The notes below the pieces were generated by a model, which was not told where the DNA came from, ran no database searches, and worked only from the letters and a program-made list of their open reading frames with translations. DNA of 64,000 bases, from contig NC_043009.1 in NCBI RefSeq assembly GCF_006345805.1, positions 3,906,001 to 3,970,000 on the forward strand. Reading direction: 5' to 3'. The position numbers and the translations under genes were made by a program. The DNA comes from Octopus sinensis (taxonomy: Eukaryota). Below are positions 12,989 to 28,291 of this stretch, piece after piece; the first letter of the stretch is position 1; each line of letters begins with the position of its first letter.

Positions 12989-13297
12989 GTAGCCAGCCAG
13001 TAGGTTGTCGCTTCTGACAATCTCGTTCGAGGTTTATTTACCTAGTTTCGGTGGAATACATCCACTTGTTTTCAATAATAGAAATATTAAAATTACTAAG
13101 TCTCTCTAAAAGAGAACAGCGGCAGCGTACCGGAAAATATAGTCGCCATACTAATATGGCATTCTTATAAAAATAGAATAAAGCTGTCCGCTTATTAGCT
13201 CCATGAGGTCATCGCCTTAGTTAGCTATTTGATACACAAATGTATCCATATAAACTTCGAACAAGGGAGGTCAGTCGCTCCACACTACTTGACCGCA

Positions 13298-13339
13298 GCT
13301 ACAGACGCGTTTCGGGGTATTGCCCCTTTTCAATGCAGC
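13298..13339 (-). ncRNA. Minimal type I hammerhead, U3-A8 core (array unit 4)
   Basis: Identical to the unit 1 motif. Confidence 0.8.
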
Positions 13340-13803
13340 GTAGCCAGCCGTAGGTGTCGCTTCTGACAATCTCTGTTCGATGGTTTTATTTATCTAGTTT
13401 CGGTGGAATACATCCACTTGTTTTCAATAATAGAATATTAAAATTAGCTGCCGGTCAAGTAGTGTGGAGCGACTGACCTCCCTTGTTCGAAGGTTATATG
13501 GATACGTTTGTGTATCAAATAGCTAACTTAAGGCGATGGCCTCATGGAGCTAATAAGCGGACAGCTTTATTTTATTTTTTATAAGAATGCCATATTAGTA
13601 TGGCGATAACTATTATATATATAATATATATATATATATTATATATATATATATATATATATTTCCTTTTTGGATTTGGTTTGCAAGATTCTTTATTTGA
13701 GTTCGTGTGTTGAAGCATATTCTGTTGTATCTATGGGAGAGTCATTTTCGTTGTGCCTTGCAACCTTTTCAATAGTCGTATGTATATATATATGTATATA
13801 TAT

Positions 13804-13965
13804 ACGACAGAGTTTCAATTTCCGTCTACCAAATCAACCCACAAGTCTTTGGTCAGCCCGAGGCTATAGTAGAAGACACTTGCCCGAGGTGCCACGCAGT
13901 GGGACTGAACTCAGAACCGTTGCTTGGTAAGCAAGCTACTTACCACACATCCACTCTTGCTCCTA
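13804..13965 (-). mobile_element. SINE family A, 5' half (partner of 11700-11905)
   Basis: Reverse complement matches 4232-4398. Confidence 0.8.
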
Positions 13966-13967
13966 TT

Positions 13968-14279
13968 TTATCGACGGTGAAAGGATTAAACGCAACGTCG
14001 TCCTCGACGGAATTTAAAACCTGAACTTAACGGCAGACGAAATTCCTATTTCTTTACTGCCCACAAGGGGCTAAACACAGAGGGGAACAACAAAGACAGA
14101 AAAACGGATTAAGTCAATTATGACGACCTCAATGCGTATCTGGTACTTATTTAATCGACCCCGAAAGGATGAAAGCAAAGTCGACCTTGGTGGTATTTGA
14201 ACTCAGAACATAGCGGCAGACGAAATACTGTTAAGCATTTATCCCGGCGTGCTAACGATTCTGCCAGTTCACCGCCTTT
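13968..14279 (-). mobile_element. SINE family B with internal tandem module
   Basis: Head AAGGCGGTGAACTGGCAGAATCGTTAGCAC on minus; the repeated CCCCGAAAGGATGAAAG..AAAGTCGACC module is shared with 37146, 45404 and 58236. Confidence 0.8.
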
Positions 14280-15279
14280 ACATATTAAAACTATTACAGT
14301 CCCCGTGTACTTACAGTTCTGCTAATCTGTTCCACTTTGCAGATATAGGTAACAAATCAGTTAATATTACCTTACTTATGTTACCAATTTTCTCAAAGAG
14401 TTTTCATAATTGTCACAGACATTTTGTATCCGTCTTATTCTTTACATTTCATGTAGTTTTAAAATTTTTTCGTGCATGTTTACTGATTTCTATCAAATAC
14501 GATTGACACTATGGCAAACGTACATATGTATCAAGCGTTTCAGGGGGAACATGCTCGTTGGAGCAGCTATAGTTTGTCACTAAATTGGTAAACGACTTCC
14601 GCCAAAAGGAAGTTCTTTCTACTATTCATATTTACGAACCAGAAACAAGATTACATTCTAAACGTTTAAACACTAGCACGTTTTTTATCTACCAATATAC
14701 ATCGCAGGATTAGAGTCGTGAAAACAAACTGACATGAAGGTCACAATGGAGCATTTTATCATATTTAGTCCCAAGAGAGGACTAATTATATAGAATTAAT
14801 ACCAAAGTGGTTACTCAAGCTAGGATGAAGTACATTGCGGTTTTTGTATTGTCTCCGGGAATAGATTATCAAAAGCCTCATTTGTTTTCGTTATCGTCGT
14901 CGTTGTTGCTGATGCTGTTATCGTACATGTTGAATTCTGGTAGAACTGACCTATATCATCACTTCTGTGATTTGACTTTTTTCTTTTAAGATAAATATCT
15001 GTAGTTCTAACATGTGAAAGACCGAAAGACACAATGGATACCGTCGTTCTAGATAAAGCAGATACTACCAGATACAAATTGCAGCTAAACAGCAATAAAA
15101 AGCGCTGGTATAGCCGTGTCGTTCACAAATACACATGGCAATGAAGTAATACCTGACTCCGTCGCATTCGTGGCACATTGTGCAAATTCTTTAAATCCCA
15201 TTTCTATGTCAGCTTACACGTCTTGATTCAAAAAACGCAGATAGAAACTCTGCAGAATACTCTCAGGTATACATCATAC

Positions 15280-15513
15280 CTTTAAATGGTAGACATAATA
15301 TGTCACCCGGTTTAACACCAAGAACAACAACTGCAACATCAATACCTCGGTATTGAATGCTGTTATGAGTTGACTCTGAGTTTCCATTAAACAGAACGAG
15401 TTCTCGACAGTCTGAGAGCAATGGCTCTGTTTTATTATATTCTTCAATTAACCGAATCGGAGTTGATGTGCTTCTAGCAAAATCACCACCGCTTCCTTCT
15501 ATTTCTGAAGAAC
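15280..15513 (-). CDS. Probable isolated coding exon of an unknown gene (SSEIEGSGGDFARSTSTPIRLIEEYNKTEPLLSDCRELVLF...LCLPFK)
   Basis: Strong polypyrimidine acceptor ttttttctttttttcag|G at 15514/15513 and donor AAAG|GTATGA at 15280/15279. 234 nt, phase 1-1, open, non-repetitive. Could instead be a last exon ending at TGA 15263. Confidence 0.55.
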
Positions 15514-16160
15514 CTGAAAAAAAGAAAAAATAAAGAAAAGAAACCAAACATAAGAAAATAAATCATTGGAGGATAAGACAAGAAAATTAAAAAAAAGCAA
15601 TAATCAAATACTCACAGTAATAACAAACATTTTACTTGAAAAGATCCACCCCCGGCAACATCATCCTAAAATCCTTTATAATTTGTTTTTCTCTTACGTT
15701 TTTACCATATATTAATTAATGTAGAAATGCAGATTATGTAGCTAATGCTGAAGATTCATTAAGGAAATCTGACTCTTTTCTGATTATTTCTGTTTAACTT
15801 GACGTATCAAACGTGAAATAGCATTAGATTCCATCATATACTGATTACATAGACATCTTAAGTATCATGTTGTTAACGTTGATATATAACTTAACCTCAA
15901 CAAACGAACAGATGTGGAAAAAATACGCATACATATATACATACTTGCATACACTCACACACATACAAACATACATACGTATATATATATATATATATTA
16001 TATATAATATAATATATATATGCATGTATATACATTTATTATATATACATATATATATACACCCACACATAAGGAAGTACAACTCTTTCTCTCTTACACA
16101 CACGCATGATATAATTTTTCTCTATATATATATATATATAATAATATATATATATATATC

Positions 16161-16191
<31 letters not shown>

Positions 16192-16602
16192 TATATATTA
16201 TATATATATATATATATATATGATGGGCTTCTTCTGGTTACAGTAAACTAAATCCACTCTCACTTTGGTCGTCCAGGGGCTATAACAGAATACACTTCGC
16301 CAAGACGCCACGCAGTTGAACTGAACCCGGAACTGTATTGTGAAGGGGTAAACCTCTTACCACACAGTCACGCAAGTGCTTATTACATGTGTGTGAAAGA
16401 GAGAGAGAGAGAGAATATTTGTGCGCGCGTCCTATGTGCGCGTGTATGTGTGTGAGTGTGTGTGTGTATCTGTGTGGTTCAAAATCCGTGTGTTTCGTTG
16501 TTTCAATTCTATCTATATGATTATGCATATATATTTTTTTATAGTGTATACTTATACATGTCTGCAGTTTACATCTGCAAAGATGGAATAAAAATACGTA
16601 AT

Positions 16603-16645
<43 letters not shown>

Positions 16646-16877
16646 CTGTGTGTATGTGTGTGTGCGTGTGTGCGTGATTGCGTGTGTTTGTAGCTTTGCA
16701 TGCACCCTGAGTCATGTGAACTGCGATACGAGGATAGAAATTAAAACGCAAATGTATGGAAAATAAAATATTTCTCAAAGATAAGCTGGTAATTCAAACA
16801 CTCACGTTATCAAAACTATATACGCGTATGTGCACCTACGTAAACATATACATTCATATTCACACACAAATGCATAA

Positions 16878-16968
<91 letters not shown>

Positions 16969-18239
16969 CATATATAATATACACACACACATATACGCAC
17001 CTTATGGATATTTTTGATAAGAATCCAGTATGCTATATAAATATCATTACACGTTTGTACATACGTCACTTTATAATTAACAGCAATTTGTTTTCATCTC
17101 GTTTTGCAAGTTCCAGCCTAGTATTGTAAATACCCTATTCATATAAACGTATATACCTCTCCGTCTACCTCATATCACTGCCTGACAGACAGTTATCTGA
17201 AGATCCACGTCGTCTTTTACTTATTAATCCTTTAATTTCTGCTTCCAGCGGTATGATGTTACCCTCCAATAAGTTTAGTTTTTTTTCTTAAAGTAACAAT
17301 CATAGAGAAGCGGTTGAGGTTATCGCTAGGAATATATAACAAATTATTTAAAATTTTATCATATGGTAATGAGGTTTTTTATTAATACCAAAGCTTGAGT
17401 ATCCGTCTGCGGTCTATAAAATTAAGTAGCAGATAAAATATTGTGCTTTATTAAATTGACTAATCTATTCCTCACAATTACGTCAAATATAGTTATAATT
17501 AATGTTATGTCATTTAAACGGTAAACTGGCAGAATCCTTAGAGCTAAAAAAACATCAATTTACAGCATTGGTGCCAGTTCTTTATGTTCGGCGTGAAAAT
17601 TCTGTTGACTTCAACTTATTCTTTCAATCCTCCACGATGGATGGAATAAAATACCAGTCACTTACTGCGTCTATAGAATCGACTACTTCCATTCTTCTAA
17701 AACATGTCGACCTTGCTCGAAACTGTTGATTTTAATGAATGTGTAATTTCGGTGGTCTGACAGAATCGTAAATGTACCCCACATAAAAAAAATACAGTTC
17801 TTAGTTATAACTCATTAAGTTCTGTGTTCAAATTCTGTGGAGGTAGCTTTTCTAATCATCATTCTAGTAGCTGATGAAAATATTATAAAAGCCATTTCTC
17901 TTCCTCCAAATTGATTGCATTTTGCTTATATTGGTGATTGTTATTAATATCTATGAATGTTAGAGTGGGGTGCGCACCAGAAAAAATAAAAAGTCCTTCA
18001 GATACTAAGTCCTCAGATCATAAGGTGAAGCCATAATTAGTCGAGGTCTATTTTGTTATTGATAACTTTGAGGCTAATAAAACAAATATAAAAATCTTCT
18101 ATCACATGATCAGTTGTTTCAAACAGTAGGTACGCTAACCATATCTAAATCATTTACTCAAGATACTCTTCGTCTTCTAAGAAAATTCCAAACTTTATTT
18201 GCATAGAGAGTTTCATGTCCCTGCCATATTCTTTTCTCT

Positions 18240-18460
18240 CTCTTTTACTTGTTTCAGTTATTTGACTGTGTCCATGCTGGACCACCGCCTTTAGTCGAGC
18301 AAATCGACCCCGGGACTTATTCTGTGTAAGCCTAGTACTTATTCTATCGGTCTCTTTTGCTGAACCGCTAAGTTACGGGGACGTAAACACACCAGCGTCG
18401 GTTGTCAAGCGATGTTGGGGGTAAAAGTACAGACACCACACACACACACACACACATATA
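18240..18460 (-). mobile_element. SINE family A, 3' half
   Basis: Reverse complement matches 4460-4678. Confidence 0.8.
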
Positions 18461-18937
18461 TATATAACATTACAGAGGACTCTGCCCATTCGGAATTCTG
18501 GCTCCATAAAAGTGATAAGTCATCAATATATAATATTTTCCATGGATGGGGGAGACATAGAGTCTTATAATTTTAGTTGAAAATTAACCTAACTATTGAC
18601 ATTCATTTCTATTTCTCTGTTCTAGGAGTATATATGTGTGGGTATATTTAAGTTCAAATTAACCTCACATCATTCAAACTCTGCCAGCGGGGTATTTCAG
18701 TTCGGTCTGTTGTGGCTTGTAATCCACCTCTGCTGCTGCGTGTGGTAGACGTTTCGTGGCAATTGAATTAAAGCTATGTTACAGGCTCAAGCTTTCGATG
18801 CGTCGAGCAGGGTGCAAATCGAAACCACGGACTTACGATTCGGAAATAAATATCTAAACAGTACGCAGCATAAGTACGAATATGTGTGAGTATGTGAATT
18901 TGTATGAATGCAAGCGTGCGCATAAATACTCTTTCTC

Positions 18938-19159
18938 TCTTTTACTCTTTACTCTTTTACTTGTTTCAGTCATTTGACTGTGGCCATGCTGGAGCACCGC
19001 CTTTAATCGAACAACTCGACCCCGGGACCTATTCTTTTGTAAGCCCAGTACTTATTCTATCGGTCTCTTGCCGAACCGCTAAGTAACGGGGACATAAACA
19101 CACCAGCATCAGTTGTCAAGCAATGCTAGGGGGAAAAACACAGACACACAAACACACAC

Positions 19160-19165
<6 letters not shown>
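18938..19165 (-). mobile_element. SINE family A, 3' half
   Basis: Reverse complement matches 4460-4678. Confidence 0.8.
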
Positions 19166-19198
<33 letters not shown>

Positions 19199-19804
19199 TC
19201 ACAGTCACACATAGACAGGTATACACACATATATTCAAGTTTCTCTTATGCTACAAAACGATGTTTCTCATTCACACACATACATCATTACAGACGTGTA
19301 TGTGTATATCCGTGTGTTTAAATTCAATATGTAGTCACTAGCGTGTATTGCCTTATCTTGATGGAAATTAAAATTAAAATGTATCAGCTTCATGTATTGA
19401 AAAATGAAGTATTTCTTAGTTATAAGCATGTAATTCATACACTCACTGTGTAAATTCATATTCACACATACACATACACTCAGCCACACACAACACGAAT
19501 ACATTTACGTAATCTTGCTGTCTAGGCCTAGGTCAAGTGATGATTAAAAACACATATGTATGTGTGTATATATATACATAATTTCAATGATATCATGATA
19601 AATATTAGAATGAAGCCATATTCAAAAAAAGAACCGCAAAGATAAGCTAGTAATTTATACATTCACATTATCAGATTCACAAACGTCTGTCTACATACAT
19701 ATAAATACAAATATATACATACGTAGCTGATATGTATGTATATATATATATAATTCTACAAATATATGTATGTTGTGTGTTAATGCAGATACATATAAAT
19801 ATAT

Positions 19805-19960
19805 GTGGCGGAGTGGGGAAGCGTGTGGCCTAGTTGATAGACAGTTTTGCACTCATTATCGTCACATCGTGGGTTCGATTCCCAAAGGCGTGGCGTCTTT
19901 CGAAGGCTAAAATGATGCAATCGCATTGTGACCAGTACTGTGTAACAAATTTGTTGGTTA
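19805..19960 (+). mobile_element. Degenerate tRNA-derived SINE
   Basis: TGGCCTAGTTG A-box-like and GGTTCGATTCC B-box; tail similar to the reverse complement of 49050-49130. Confidence 0.55.
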
Positions 19961-21325
19961 AACTCAACAGAAATAGAACTTCGTTTCGTGTACAGGAATA
20001 AAATGTGACTATGGATATAATCTGCTCCCGACATTCAAAGTCATTCAGCGTACCCTGCTTTAATCAGTCTTCTTCAACATATACAAATATTAGTGTTTGA
20101 AAATATCCTGTCTTAACAATATGCAATAATTAAATCTGTGAATACTTTGCAGTTGGTGTATACGTTGGGTCAAACGTATCTGAGTTATGAACCAAGTCCT
20201 TTCAGTCACGTTCATCCCGTCCACCTTTTGCTCCTCCATCTAATGTACCAGTGTATAAAATACAATGTTACCCAACATTTCTTTCTAGCTCTCCACACAA
20301 CAACACATACACAAACATACACTCACATTTCGATACTCAAGAAATCAGAAAATGTGTGTGCTCCTCTCAGACAGGTAATTATTGTTGCATAGCAACTATG
20401 TTTTCAAAAGAGGTTTTGTAAAATCTATTGCAAGATTTATGAATTACTTACTTAATTTGACTCCACTCTGAAGTAACCTACATCCTATCGAAATTTTAAC
20501 ATGGAACACTTTGAAACACACTGATAATACAACTTATATCGTAAAACGGTCCTTTCTTCATAAGCTGACGACCACTTCACTGTTCATAAAATGGAAATCT
20601 TAAACGAATGCCTATATTAAAAACCTGGAGTAGGGATTAAGTCGATTACATCGACCCCAGTGTTCAACTGGCTTTGATTTACTCGGTTCAGTCTGTCTGG
20701 CCTTGAGCTTATTTTAGATTACATACCTACACACATACATATCCCCCCCATACATATGTGTGTGGGGGTTTGTGTGTTTGTGTGTTGTGTGTGTGCTTGT
20801 GTGTGTGTGTGCATGTGTGTGCGTGTGTGATTGCTGCAAACTCGACTATTGCCATCGACTGATCGAAAGTGGCACACAAGTGAAGGCAACGACCAGCCAT
20901 TTTGTGATAGGTCTTACTATTTATATCCAAACGATGCCTGTCCATGACGAATATTTCTTTTCTTTTCTTTATTTTTTGCTGTAGGGAAAGGATTTGCACA
21001 AATCCAATCCCACTGTCTGAACATGTGCAACATAAACTCGAAAAGAAGAACTAGTTTACATCATCGAATATTGTCAGCGCCGCGGGTCTTCTCTCAGAGT
21101 TTCTTTCTCGTAGCGACATTCTCTATTTTTTCCAGTCATTCCACCGTGCTGGACCGCTGAACTCTACACAGATTTTCTCTCTGTGTTTTTCCATTCCCTC
21201 TCCATTATTCCTCTTATTCTTTTCTGTCGAAGATCGTAGACACGAAACATAAAATACTTTTTCCTACACCAGTTTTTGTCTGTTGTCTGTAAATTTGAAC
21301 TATATACATACATATACACACACAC

Positions 21326-21388
<63 letters not shown>

Positions 21389-21481
21389 ATAGATATATAG
21401 GGAAAGTTCACAAAAAAACGAAGACAGGTGGTGTAAAAACAAACAGATGTATTAGTATAACGCTCAGGAATAGAAAAAGTA

Positions 21482-21516
21482 TTTTACGTTTCGAGCCTAC
21501 GCTCTTCTACAGAAAG
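21482..21516 (-). ncRNA. Hammerhead-like motif, A6U variant (family 3), in a ~190-bp (TA)n-flanked repeat
   Basis: TTT-CTGTAGA-A-GAGC(gtag)GCTC-GAAA-CG-TA-AAA. Confidence 0.55.
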
Positions 21517-21585
21517 GTACACAGGAAAAACAAGGAGAGAAACAAGGAGAGAAAAAAATGTGTGTAGTGGCTAACGATCTATCGT

Positions 21586-21620
<35 letters not shown>

Positions 21621-21625
21621 TATAT

Positions 21626-21674
<49 letters not shown>

Positions 21675-22339
21675 ATATATATATATATATACATACATAC
21701 ATAAGTACATAAATGCATAAATAAATACATATATACATACATACATACATACATACATACATACATACATACATACATACAAACATACATACAAGTACGT
21801 GTGTATACACATATAATTTTGTCAGCTTCAATGTTTTTTGTCACGGGTTGAGTTTCACGGTGACGCGGTTATCAAGTGAGAACTTTCTAGCTGTTTAAGC
21901 AATCATTTTGCTGAATTTATAAGAGGTAAAAAACTCGAGCCGTATACTAACATTTGAGTCTGAATGGAACGAAATAATCTGCACCTTGTATTGAACATTC
22001 TTCTCTCATAAATCCCTACTTAGATGTGTGTGTGTGTGTGTGGTGTATTTGTGCTTGTGTGTGTAGACATACATCTTTAATAAGCATTACAGGAAAGGTG
22101 AAATGGTGTTTTATGTTTCCCCAGAGAGCTAAATATGCAAAATATGTGGAGTGTAACAAATGACAATTAGAATTCGATGCTTCTGTGTTGAAGCAGACTT
22201 TTAAGACGAGAGACCATCGCGTACAACGGTTAAAAATGAATAGAAGACAAAGTGTGTTATCATTGCTCTGTTTTCTCTGTGAAAAATTGTTCTTAGAGAA
22301 GTAAATAACTTTAACTCTAACAAAATAGCAACAACAACA

Positions 22340-24380
<2,041 letters not shown>

Positions 24381-24858
24381 GTTTCTTAATAAAGCAAATT
24401 AATGATCTGGAGGTGTTAAAATCTGATGGCTGTGTGTTAATTTACAAGTAATTGTGAGCACATATGGACGTCAAATCCGCGTGTGTTAATTACAATCCTC
24501 TTGTACCATTCGTAGTTCCATTTGAGAATTCAAGGTAGTCTCTTTTTAACAGATGAAATGACATCAAAATATAGACAAAGAAGAACTACTTATATAAACA
24601 CAATATTATTTATGTATATATAGCATTGTTTACAAAATATATTGTTATATATATAGATAAAATATTGAATACAATATAGATATATAATGTTACGTATATA
24701 CATTCTATTGTATATAATATATATATATGTGTGTGTGGGGGGGTGTATACACATAATAAAATATGTATATATGTGTATATGTATATATATATATATATAT
24801 GTATGAAATGAGATAAGTTGATATAGTTATAAATAAAGATTGGCATATTTACATATAC

Positions 24859-24940
<82 letters not shown>

Positions 24941-26399
24941 ATAATATATATATAGTTATATGTGGTTGGATGGATGGTTGTATTTATATGTCCATTTATA
25001 TATATCTGTTTTACAAATTATAAGGGAAATTATATAACCTAGTTAAAATTTAAACGCTCAATCTAAATTTTAGCCTCCTTTTACTTAAATGTCAATTCCG
25101 AAAATGTTGTTGCGCGTTCTGTGAAGAAAGTAGGAACGAAATAAATAAAAGTGAATAACTAAAGAAATACAAAAATAAATAAATATTCTAACAAATATTA
25201 AAGTGGAAGCCATGTTGTAAATTTCGAGAAAGTCTTTGAAGTTGTCCAATTCATGTATAACAAGCCTGACACGTGACCTACTTTACATTATTTTTTTTGT
25301 GTTTGTTCTTTTGTGTTTTCATGCTTGCTTCTGTTTGTTTTCATGTTTGCGTCTTTGTTGGTTTTAAGTTGGACATTGCGCAGTTAACTTTTATATTGAA
25401 TTCTAACTTTGGAACATAAACACAAATGTTTAGTGGAAATCTTTGAGAAGTGTTTGACATTTATTCATTTCTCAGAGGCATTAACCGTATTAATGAAGTG
25501 AATTATTTTCAGCTAAGAATTGAAACCGAATTTAAATATTTTTCATACCATATATATAATTATTTGTTTTAGTTTTCATAATCAGTTTCAATTCGATAAA
25601 AACAGAGCTTTTTTTTTATAAATTTAAATTTTCCTAAGTATTATCAGATTGACCAATGATATTTTGGGCACTTACATTTGGATCTGCCCAAGCAACAACA
25701 TCCTTCATAAGTTGAATAGTTTTCACTTGAAATCCAATATTTCCAACGATAATTGCTAAATATTTAAGAAGTACTATATCCGCCGAAAAGTTGTGTTAAC
25801 AACAAACAAGATGAGGACAAATAACCATCAAATATAAATAAAGTAAATAATGCACTTTTCTGTTGCTTTGAAAACCACACACTCGGTTAACATCCCAATG
25901 CACACTTAAACCTATATTGTCATGTCTTCGCCGGTACCCCTTTCGTACTAATATACTTCACTCACTCCAAAGATGATTGAAAGTTTCGTCTTCTTTCCTA
26001 CAGATTCTGCGTTTGCTCTCTGACAGAGTTTTAGAAAACGCTGCTAAAAATTCAACTGAAGGACACGCGTCATGATATCATGACCGATGTTGTTTACCAT
26101 TGCTAACGCTAGAGGGAAATAGGTGAAATAACCGAAATTTATAGGACTGGCTTATTTTTATATGTGAGTTGAAAATATATGTTGTAGCTCCATTGATGTA
26201 TATGCAGAGTGAGTTCTCATATACAAATATAAAATTAGAGCTGGATCTGGCGTTAAAATAAATGATGTCAACGCTTATAATATGCATTTGCGATAACTTC
26301 AGCATAACACCATAAATTCAGGAACTGTCTTCAATTTGAAGTAATCTTACTCTTCCCCTCCCAAAAAAAAACATATATTGATATTCATGCTCACTATTT

Positions 26400-26606
26400 A
26401 CAGACAGACATACAAACAGACAAACAAACAGATAAATAGACAGATAGATAGAGAGAGAGAAAGAGATAGACAGAGAGATACACAGATAGAAAGATAGATA
26501 GATAAATAGACAAAATTACAGACAGACAGACAGATAGATAGATAGACAGGGAAACAGAGAGACAGACAGGGATAGATAGATAGATAAAAAAGACAGACAG
26601 ACAGAC

Positions 26607-26690
<84 letters not shown>
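26400..26690 (+). repeat. (GATA)n/(GACA)n tetranucleotide tract
   Basis: Direct reading. Confidence 0.95.
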
Positions 26691-27022
26691 GGTTGGAGGG
26701 ATGAGTGAGTGGATGGAGGGAAGGACAGAGAAACGGATGGAACGAAAGAGGAATAGACACAGAAAGATGAAAGAGAAAGAAGGAAAGGAAGTAAGGAAAT
26801 GAAAAGGAAAGAGTAAAAGAGTGATAGAGATTGATTGCAGCGCCGAGTTCATTAACGGAGTGCTGAGCTATGATCACAAATGAATCGTTGGCTCTCCTCT
26901 GGCAGGGAGGTCGTCATTGAAAAATATGTCGATATATTGAGCACTCGAATATCAAAATAACCATGACACGAATTCTCTAATTAATATCAAAAATAGATTC
27001 TTTTCCCACGCAAAATGTACAA

Positions 27023-27072
<50 letters not shown>

Positions 27073-27130
27073 GCGCACACACACACATGCATAGACATAC
27101 GTGCATGTGTATATGTATATATATATACAT

Positions 27131-27165
<35 letters not shown>

Positions 27166-27337
27166 CACATATATATTTATCGATATACATATAGATATAC
27201 TTATAATTACATATATATACACACATTTAAATATATGTATATATAATATATATATATTATATATATACATATATATACACACATATTTATTATTTATATA
27301 TATATATATACATGTATACGTAGGCATACATATATAT

Positions 27338-27379
<42 letters not shown>

Positions 27380-27806
27380 ATCTATATATATATCTATGTG
27401 TGTGTGTGTGTGTGTGTTTTACGGAACCTGATCGACTTTCGATTGCCGATAGTAGCTATTTTAGTTGTCTGTTCGCCTATCAGTGGCTCCGAAATATATG
27501 CTAATAATACGACTCACAATTTCCTTTCTGATGAATTCAGTTGACCTGATATCCCTTCGATGGATGCCATTGATTAAGTAAGATGAAGCTTCTAGCTTTA
27601 CATACTTAAATTCGTGATACACGTAATACGATCATTCGGAAAACCGTACGCACACAGGTGTATGAGGTGAGTTATCAAGAGAAAGATAGGTAGCTAGCTA
27701 GCCAGATAGATATATAGATAGATAGGTAGATAGATAGATAGATCGATAGATAGATAGATACATACATACATACATACATACATACATACATACATACATA
27801 CATACA

Positions 27807-27838
<32 letters not shown>

Positions 27839-28245
27839 CTAGTATATGATCATTTACGTGGCGCTCTTAACATTACAGTTGCAGTCGTACAATAATTTGT
27901 ACACACAATTTTTTTGTATATATGTGTGTATGTGTATATTTGCACACCTGTGTGTGTATATGTATGTGTATGTATGTATATGTGTGTGTCTTTGTGTTTG
28001 TTCTTGACCACCGCTTAACCGCCGGTGCTTGTTTCTTTATGCATCCGTAACTTAAGGGTTTGGCACGACACACCGGTAGAATAATTACCAGGATGTGGAG
28101 TTCCTTCCTTGAAATAAAAACCTTCATTGCGGTGCACCAGCTTGGTCGTAATCCACTGACTGAAAGAAGTGAAACATAAAGAAATAAAAGACTTATATAA
28201 TCATATATGCATTTGTGTAGGTGGGCGTGCGTGTATGTATGTATA

Positions 28246-28286
<41 letters not shown>

Positions 28287-28291
<5 letters not shown>

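Larger units (their letters stand above)
12001..13615 (-). mobile_element. Retrozyme-like / PLE pLTR tandem array: 4 units of ~360 bp plus an inverted partial unit
   Basis: Units start at 12001, 12361, 12721 and 13079, with a stub at 13431. An inverted copy of about 12060-12231 lies at 13445-13615. (TA)n on both sides; one hammerhead per unit; no credible ORF. Confidence 0.85.

Noticed and set aside
12001-13445. CRISPR-like array, or coding ORFs 12218-12454 and 12229-12435
   Set aside because: Whole units repeat with no unique spacers, no cas genes and a eukaryotic context; indels between units break the ORFs.
20985-21060. Plus-strand acceptor followed by ERICTNPIP (TSP1-like)
   Set aside because: Stop after about 22 codons and no supporting exons.
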